This document shows, piece after piece, positions 59,245-64,000 of a stretch of DNA of 64,000 nucleotides. Numbering within the stretch: position 1 is the stretch's first letter; every line of letters begins with the position of its first letter. A program made the translations under genes and the position numbers. Below the pieces are notes generated by a model. That model did no database searches. It saw only the letters and a program-made list of their open reading frames with translations, and had not been told where the DNA came from. The stretch lies in NCBI GenBank assembly GCA_044225175.1, contig JBGAJA010000004.1:145631-209630 (forward strand). Direction: 5' to 3'. This stretch comes from Candidatus Omnitrophota bacterium. Its GTDB lineage: Bacteria > Omnitrophota > Gorgyraeia > Zapsychrales > Fredricksoniimonadaceae.

Positions 59245-59251
59245 TGGGCTT

Positions 59252-59629
59252 TTAGGAGGATTTCTTAGGAGAATTAATGTGCTTATTGATTGCTGCTAAC
59301 AATATTTCCGGCTTGAAAGGTTTAACAATATATTCCTTAACGCCTTCTACTTTAAAAATTTCAGCCATTCCTTCTTTTGAAGTTAAAACAATGATGGGTA
59401 TAGAAGAACCTTGAGGGACTTTTTTTAATTCAAAAACAAATGTATACCCATTCATTTTTGGCATTTGCACATCTAATACAATCAAATCGGGCGATTGTTT
59501 CTTTATTTCATCTATGCCTTCTTGGCCATCAACAGCTACATGGACTTCATAATCTTGGGATTCTAGAAATGGTTTAACAACTTTTATCAACGTTGGGTCA
59601 TCATCAATCACTAAAATTTTCTTAGACAT
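59252..59629 (-). CDS. single-domain response regulator (CheY-like)
   Basis: The 125-aa product has ILVIDDDP…[14 protein letters not shown]…LTSK. Confidence 0.75.
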   Translation of the reverse strand: MSKKILVIDDDPTLIKVVKPFLESQDYEVHVAVDGQEGIDEIKKQSPDLIVLDVQMPKMNGYTFVFELKKVPQGSSIPIIVLTSKEGMAEIFKVEGVKEYIVKPFKPEILLAAINKHINSPKKSS

Positions 59630-59649
59630 AATAAACTCTCCTTGATCTA

Positions 59650-60309
59650 TTATTCGTCTTCAGAGACCTTAGGCAAAGGACTCATCAGCATTTCAACAAC
59701 CATTCTCTTCTTGTCATCAATCTCAAAACTAATTTCAAATTTATCAGTCTGATCTTTACTATATTCCACCCCATCTAATACCGAATTGATAGCCGTTCTA
59801 AAATGAGACATTTCTAAATCAGCGTAACCTAAGCGTGCTAATTCTTTTTTGAAATATCCTGCAATTAAATTAGATATCGCTCCGATCCCATCTAATACCT
59901 CATCATCATCGTCGTAATCAATATAAGGATATTTAAAAAGCCTGAGCATTTCCGGCACAAAAGTTCTTTCAATGTAAACAATGATCAAACCGATTGGCTC
60001 ATTATTCTTTAAAGCAGCATTGTCTTTATAATAATGAATGACTGATAGGAAGGTTGTGGTATTAAATTTCTCCATCGCATCAATGCGCATGCGATTGACA
60101 AATTGAATGATAGCCCGTTTTTCAATGGTTGGTTCTGAAGAAAACTTTTGCTCAGATTTTTCATAAAAAACTTTTTTAACAGCAGCAGCTAAAGCAAGGG
60201 CCATTGTAAAAAGTGGTTCACTATAATCCCCCCTGACCTTTGGCCGATTGCTTAAGTTCTCATGGGCAATTTGTCTAAATTGTGGAAGTTCGGGAACAGG
60301 TTGTGCCAT
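59650..60309 (-). CDS. hypothetical protein flanked by two CheY-like genes, possibly a CheX/CheC-like phosphatase
   Basis: The 219-aa product has the segment DGIGAISNLIAGYF, which weakly resembles the CheC/CheX E-x2-N-x3-G active-site motif. Support is otherwise limited to gene context. Confidence 0.3.
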   Translation of the reverse strand: MAQPVPELPQFRQIAHENLSNRPKVRGDYSEPLFTMALALAAAVKKVFYEKSEQKFSSEPTIEKRAIIQFVNRMRIDAMEKFNTTTFLSVIHYYKDNAALKNNEPIGLIIVYIERTFVPEMLRLFKYPYIDYDDDDEVLDGIGAISNLIAGYFKKELARLGYADLEMSHFRTAINSVLDGVEYSKDQTDKFEISFEIDDKKRMVVEMLMSPLPKVSEDE

Positions 60310-60319
60310 TAATAAATGA

Positions 60320-60697
60320 TTACTTTAAAAAAGGTCTAACTGCTTGAATTAATTCTTCAGCCTTATAAGGTTTAACAATATAACCAGCTAAAGCAGGATT
60401 AATGTCTTTAGCTAATTTTCTATTTTCTTCTGAACCTGAAGCTGTAACCATAATGATGGGAATGTTTGACAAGACAGGAATTTTCATCATCCCAGCCATT
60501 AATTCAATGCCCGTCATTTTAGGCATTTGCCAGTCTAGCAATACGAGACTGATATCTTGATAATTACTGGCAAGAATTTCAAGAGCCTGTTCACCATCTT
60601 CGGCTTGCAGTATCTCTTGATTAACCTCCGACTTAACTAAAAGACGGATCAAAAGCTTTCGATCTAGGGTTGAATCATCGACAATTAAAATTTTCAT
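60320..60697 (-). CDS. single-domain response regulator (CheY-like)
   Basis: The 125-aa product has ILIVDDS…LVLLDWQMPKMTG…VTAS. Confidence 0.75.
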   Translation of the reverse strand: MKILIVDDSTLDRKLLIRLLVKSEVNQEILQAEDGEQALEILASNYQDISLVLLDWQMPKMTGIELMAGMMKIPVLSNIPIIMVTASGSEENRKLAKDINPALAGYIVKPYKAEELIQAVRPFLK

Positions 60698-60766
60698 AAT
60701 GGCCTATTCTAACGAAATTGATATATGCTAGCAATCTATTTTAATATGAAATTCTCAACAAAATCT

Positions 60767-61216
60767 TTATTGCTTTACCTTTACTATGATTCCGCTATGG
60801 AAATCCTCTTTAATTTTACTTAATAGTTCCTTAGCTGCAGTTTCATCTTTCAAATTACCTATACGAACTCTATACCATGTTCCCTTTGGGCCTAGATCAC
60901 TAATCTCTATATAAGAGTTCTCATACCCTTGTTTCTTTAAGGTTTCTAAAGCAAGATTTGCTCTTTTTTGATCTTTAAAAGAATAGACTTGAACACTAAA
61001 ACCAGCTTCTTTTCCATGCTCTGGACTAGTGACAATCGCGGGAGAAGGAACAGGATCTTTTTCTGTAGAAGCAGCTTGTGAAACAACAGGGGCCTGAGCA
61101 ACCACATTATCCATTGTTACTTTATCAGTGGGCATCTTTTTTGCAGATAATAATAAAACAACTCCTGCGACAACACCAACTCCAACAATCCACAACCTAT
61201 TATTTTTATTTACCAT
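60767..61216 (-). CDS. SPOR-domain (septal peptidoglycan-binding) membrane-anchored protein
   Basis: It has an N-terminal TM anchor, a linker and a C-terminal SPOR-like fold (FSVQVYSFKDQKRANLALETLKKQGYENSYIEISDLGPKGTWYRVRIGNL). Confidence 0.65.
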   Translation of the reverse strand: MVNKNNRLWIVGVGVVAGVVLLLSAKKMPTDKVTMDNVVAQAPVVSQAASTEKDPVPSPAIVTSPEHGKEAGFSVQVYSFKDQKRANLALETLKKQGYENSYIEISDLGPKGTWYRVRIGNLKDETAAKELLSKIKEDFHSGIIVKVKQ

Positions 61217-61300
61217 AAATCCTCCAGTTAAGAACTCTTTGTTGTCACAAGCTTAAAAACATTTTAGATTTTTTCTATTTTAATTAAACTTTCTATAATC

Positions 61301-62080
61301 TCAAGCGGCTTCTTGTTTTGGGTATTGACCATTTAATACGCCTTGAATCATAGCTTTCACTTCATCAGAAAAATCTTTTTCTAAAACCCAATGCAAATAC
61401 GCTGGGTCTTTTTTAGCAATCACCTTTAAAGGTTCTTTACGGGCATATTTCCCGAAAGTCATATATAAATCACCATTCCACCAACGAAATTTACGATCAC
61501 TATCGAAATACTCGCTATGAGGCTCATAAGCAAACACCTTAAGATGTTCAATTTCAAGTTTCCCTTCACAATAACGCTTGATCTGTTCAGCAAGGATTTG
61601 TAAAGAAGCTTGAGCATCTGCCAAAGCTGTGTGAGCATCTTTGAGATCTTCATTGCAATAAAAAGTAAGAGCTGTGGTTAAATCACGTTTATGATTCAAG
61701 TGATAAATCTTCTGGGCATCATAGATAGAACGCTGGCTATAATCAAACTGAAGACCTGCATCTGCCATTTCTCTTGCCAGCAAAGGCAAATCGAAACGCT
61801 CAACGTTAAAACCGCCAATGTCTGCGTCCCCAATAAACTCAAGGACTTTTTTGGCAATACTTGCAAATGTCGGGGCATCCTTCACATCCTCTTGGGTAAT
61901 ACCTGTAATCTCAGTCACTCGAGGAGGAATGGCCATCCCTGGATTGACCTTTGTCTCGTATTCTTCCCTCTGACCATCGGGGGAGAGTTTAATAAGCGCG
62001 ATCTCAATAATACGGTCCTTTTCAATCCATGTACCGGTTGTTTCTAAATCAAAAACAACTAAAGACTTAGTTAGTTTCAT
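61301..62080 (-). CDS. DEDDh 3'-5' exonuclease (DnaQ/RNase T-like) with a C-terminal extension
   Basis: It has an Exo I motif LVVFDLETTG, Exo II NVERFDLPLL and an Exo III H…D (HTALADAQ). Confidence 0.7.
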   Translation of the reverse strand: MKLTKSLVVFDLETTGTWIEKDRIIEIALIKLSPDGQREEYETKVNPGMAIPPRVTEITGITQEDVKDAPTFASIAKKVLEFIGDADIGGFNVERFDLPLLAREMADAGLQFDYSQRSIYDAQKIYHLNHKRDLTTALTFYCNEDLKDAHTALADAQASLQILAEQIKRYCEGKLEIEHLKVFAYEPHSEYFDSDRKFRWWNGDLYMTFGKYARKEPLKVIAKKDPAYLHWVLEKDFSDEVKAMIQGVLNGQYPKQEAA

Positions 62081-63126
62081 CTTTTTACTTTCTTTTTTAA
62101 GCGGGCCTGGGCGTTTAACGTGATGGCTTGTTCTAGAACATACTGAATAAGATCTTGGTAACTCATCCCTGCATGTTTTGCAGCTTGGGCCATTTCATCA
62201 ATATTCGCAATACAAGGATTCGCATTGGGCTCAATAATATAAACTTCACCATCCTGGGTTAAACGTAAATCAAATCTTAAATAGCTTCTTGCATCTAGAG
62301 CTCGATAAGCACGGCGACATAAATCATTGATCTTTTTGATAGTAGATTTATCTAGGTCTTTAGCAGGAACGCTATCGATCCCCCATCGTTTACGATACTT
62401 ATCATCCCACTTCGCTTTATAGGTCGCAATACGAGGCTGTTCATCAGACATCTTCTTAAAGACCATTTCTCGCGGAGGAAGAATAGTTAGTTGACGATAC
62501 CCCATGACCGTTACATAAAGCTCACGGCCATTAATATATTCTTCGGCAATTGCATCCATAGACATATTCTGATGAATAAATTTCACCCGTTCTATGAAAG
62601 CTTGAGGAGTTTCAACCATGGAAGCCATGGAAATCCCTCGGGAAGCTTCCTCACACAATGGTTTGATAAAAGCCGGAAGTTGAAATTTAGAAGGAAGAAA
62701 AACCCTGCTTCCCTTTGAAAATTCATAAAATTTAGGAACTTTAATACGATGATAACTAAATATTTTTTTATGCAGAGCTTTGTTATTACATAAATACAAC
62801 ACCCCTGACGAAGCCCCTGTAAAAGGAATACCAACAATCTCCAGTAAAGAAGCTAGATTCTTCTCAAGATGGGTCTGATCATTAAAGACTTCCATCATAT
62901 TAAAGATAACATCCGGTGGATTTTCTTTGATTTCTTCAAATAGAGGCGAGATATCGTTATAAACACCTAACAGACTGACTTCATGGCCTAAATCTTTGAT
63001 GGCCTTAAAAACATCTTTCTCCGTATACATATTATCCGGATCAGCAAACTCTTCCTTGTAATCATAACCACGAGGTTTCTGATAAGGACTAAAGAAAAAC
63101 ATTAAAACTTTTAATTTCTTTCTCAT
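62077..63126 (-). CDS. ATP-grasp ligase (D-Ala-D-Ala ligase / RimK-like fold)
   Basis: The 349-aa product has a pre-ATP-grasp N-domain (KVLMFFFSP…), a central lysine (AFIKP) and the C-terminal E/N metal ligands IIEPNANP. It overlaps both neighbouring genes by 4 nt. Confidence 0.6.
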   Translation of the reverse strand: MRKKLKVLMFFFSPYQKPRGYDYKEEFADPDNMYTEKDVFKAIKDLGHEVSLLGVYNDISPLFEEIKENPPDVIFNMMEVFNDQTHLEKNLASLLEIVGIPFTGASSGVLYLCNNKALHKKIFSYHRIKVPKFYEFSKGSRVFLPSKFQLPAFIKPLCEEASRGISMASMVETPQAFIERVKFIHQNMSMDAIAEEYINGRELYVTVMGYRQLTILPPREMVFKKMSDEQPRIATYKAKWDDKYRKRWGIDSVPAKDLDKSTIKKINDLCRRAYRALDARSYLRFDLRLTQDGEVYIIEPNANPCIANIDEMAQAAKHAGMSYQDLIQYVLEQAITLNAQARLKKKVKR

Positions 63127-64000
63127 GTTCTTTTGGGATCACCTTTGTACCAGCCGGTATGGACATAATTCAAGACCAGGCTCGTTACATATACAGATAA
63201 TTGCATCAAACTCGTTGAGGGGTCAGTGCTTACAATCATATTAAGTTGCTTGGCCCTTAAACTGATGTTCTTAAGCAAATCATTAATCATATATTTGCGC
63301 TCACCCGTACATCGGTCAACACTATTTAAAAGATTTTTGCTGTGAGTGCGAATCAAAGATTCTGCTGTTAACAAATTCTTGTTCTTTCGTCGTTCTTTAT
63401 TAAAAGCTAACCATTCTTCATAAGTTAAACTTTTAAAGATCTTATGTAACTGCACATCGTGAAAATCAGGCTGCTCTTCCTGCTCATCGACTTTTTTACG
63501 TCGATAATATTTATCCAAGGTAATAGAAACCTTTTTTTGATTCCAAAGCTTCTTTCCCCTTTTCTTTAAAGGAGTCTTGCCTTTAATTTCGTTCATTAAA
63601 GTATCTACGAAATTTAACTTCTCAAGTGCTTTCCAACCCTGATACTTCTCTTTCCAGTTTGAATCTGGCGTCAACCAGACAGCAAATGTCTCTACAAAAT
63701 CCTCGTCCGGATGATATTGAGCATAAAATCCATCTAGATGACGGACAAAACTTTTACTGTAAGGTTTAAATTTATATGTATCTCCATATGTTTCTGCAGA
63801 AGACCCAAAAACTATTTTCCAATCTTTGCGTTCATGCAAACCATACGCATAAGAATAGGCATGACCAGCCTCATGGCGAAGCAATTGCATACACCAAGCT
63901 TTGCCTTCACCTTCTGCTTCCAGCATCATTTTATGTTCTAATTTTATTAAGGCAGGATGGGCTAAATAAAAAGGAATGCCTATGACTGTTTCTCCCTCGG
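63123..64000 (-). CDS. HExxH-motif protein, putative zinc metallopeptidase/amidase; the gene's 5' end lies beyond the window end
   Basis: The frame is open from 64000 (…GETVIGIPFYLAHPALIKLEHKMMLEAEGEGKAWCMQLLRHEAGHAYSYAYGL…), so the track ATG at 63929 is internal. It contains HEAGH. Confidence 0.4.
   Translation of the reverse strand, partial: EGETVIGIPFYLAHPALIKLEHKMMLEAEGEGKAWCMQLLRHEAGHAYSYAYGLHERKDWKIVFGSSAETYGDTYKFKPYSKSFVRHLDGFYAQYHPDEDFVETFAVWLTPDSNWKEKYQGWKALEKLNFVDTLMNEIKGKTPLKKRGKKLWNQKKVSITLDKYYRRKKVDEQEEQPDFHDVQLHKIFKSLTYEEWLAFNKERRKNKNLLTAESLIRTHSKNLLNSVDRCTGERKYMINDLLKNISLRAKQLNMIVSTDPSTSLMQLSVYVTSLVLNYVHTGWYKGDPKRT

Noticed and set aside
1-64000. tRNA, rRNA, IS or transposase, and integrase genes
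   Set aside because: No cloverleaf-like conserved tRNA blocks (GTTCGA / TTCGAATC contexts), no rRNA-like sequence and no DDE, HUH or tyrosine-recombinase motifs were recognised in any frame.

Overview
The window is a low-GC (~40%) chromosomal segment from a diderm bacterium, with Shine-Dalgarno sites such as GGAGG in use. The outer membrane is implied by an RND efflux pump, porins and a TamB-like protein. No rRNA, tRNA, CRISPR array or transposase was found. Most genes are on the minus strand and tightly packed, in the following order. (1) A porin-pstSCAB-phoU phosphate-uptake operon with Pho-box-like repeats upstream. (2) A CBS protein, a possible pyrimidine-dimer glycosylase, an FKBP isomerase and a secreted protein made of tandem NNCGxC cysteine-knot repeats. 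(3) A Zn/Mn ABC importer (TroA-like binding protein, ATPase, permease) headed by a small ribbon-helix-helix regulator with a Cys/His-rich tail and a palindromic operator. (4) A mini-TamB-like protein, MarC, an NRAMP transporter, an M48 peptidase and a 974-aa hybrid sensor kinase. (5) A cNMP-binding protein and a KefC-type K+ efflux protein. (6) A six-gene two-component cluster in which the catalytic halves of two histidine kinases are a recent ~0.75-kb segmental duplication. (7) A methyltransferase and a Zn-dependent alcohol dehydrogenase, then hpf-umuD-umuC. (8) An AT-rich islet of small ORFs, then an ArsR plus SRPBCC pair. (9) A plus-strand KimA-like K+ transporter preceded by a sigma70 promoter, a c-di-AMP (ydaO-class) riboswitch and a candidate attenuator. 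(10) Two small genes missing from the ORF track: a PLDc_N-family membrane protein and a CsbD-like protein. (11) A Cu/Ag resistance island: copA, a Met-rich periplasmic protein, a YHS protein, cusA and cusB, with no outer-membrane factor. (12) The most unusual locus in the window: two giant (786 and 865 aa) type IV pilin-like proteins carrying long (SSTG)n mucin-like repeats and cysteine knots, transcribed divergently from two PilT-family ATPase genes. (13) pckA, a CheY-X-CheY trio, a SPOR protein, and an overlapping array of a DnaQ-like exonuclease, an ATP-grasp ligase and a HExxH protein that runs off the window end. Many secondary ORFs in the track are artifacts of the 24-nt tandem repeats or lie antisense to real genes. 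Several track starts use TTG, and a nearby ATG with an SD site fits better.
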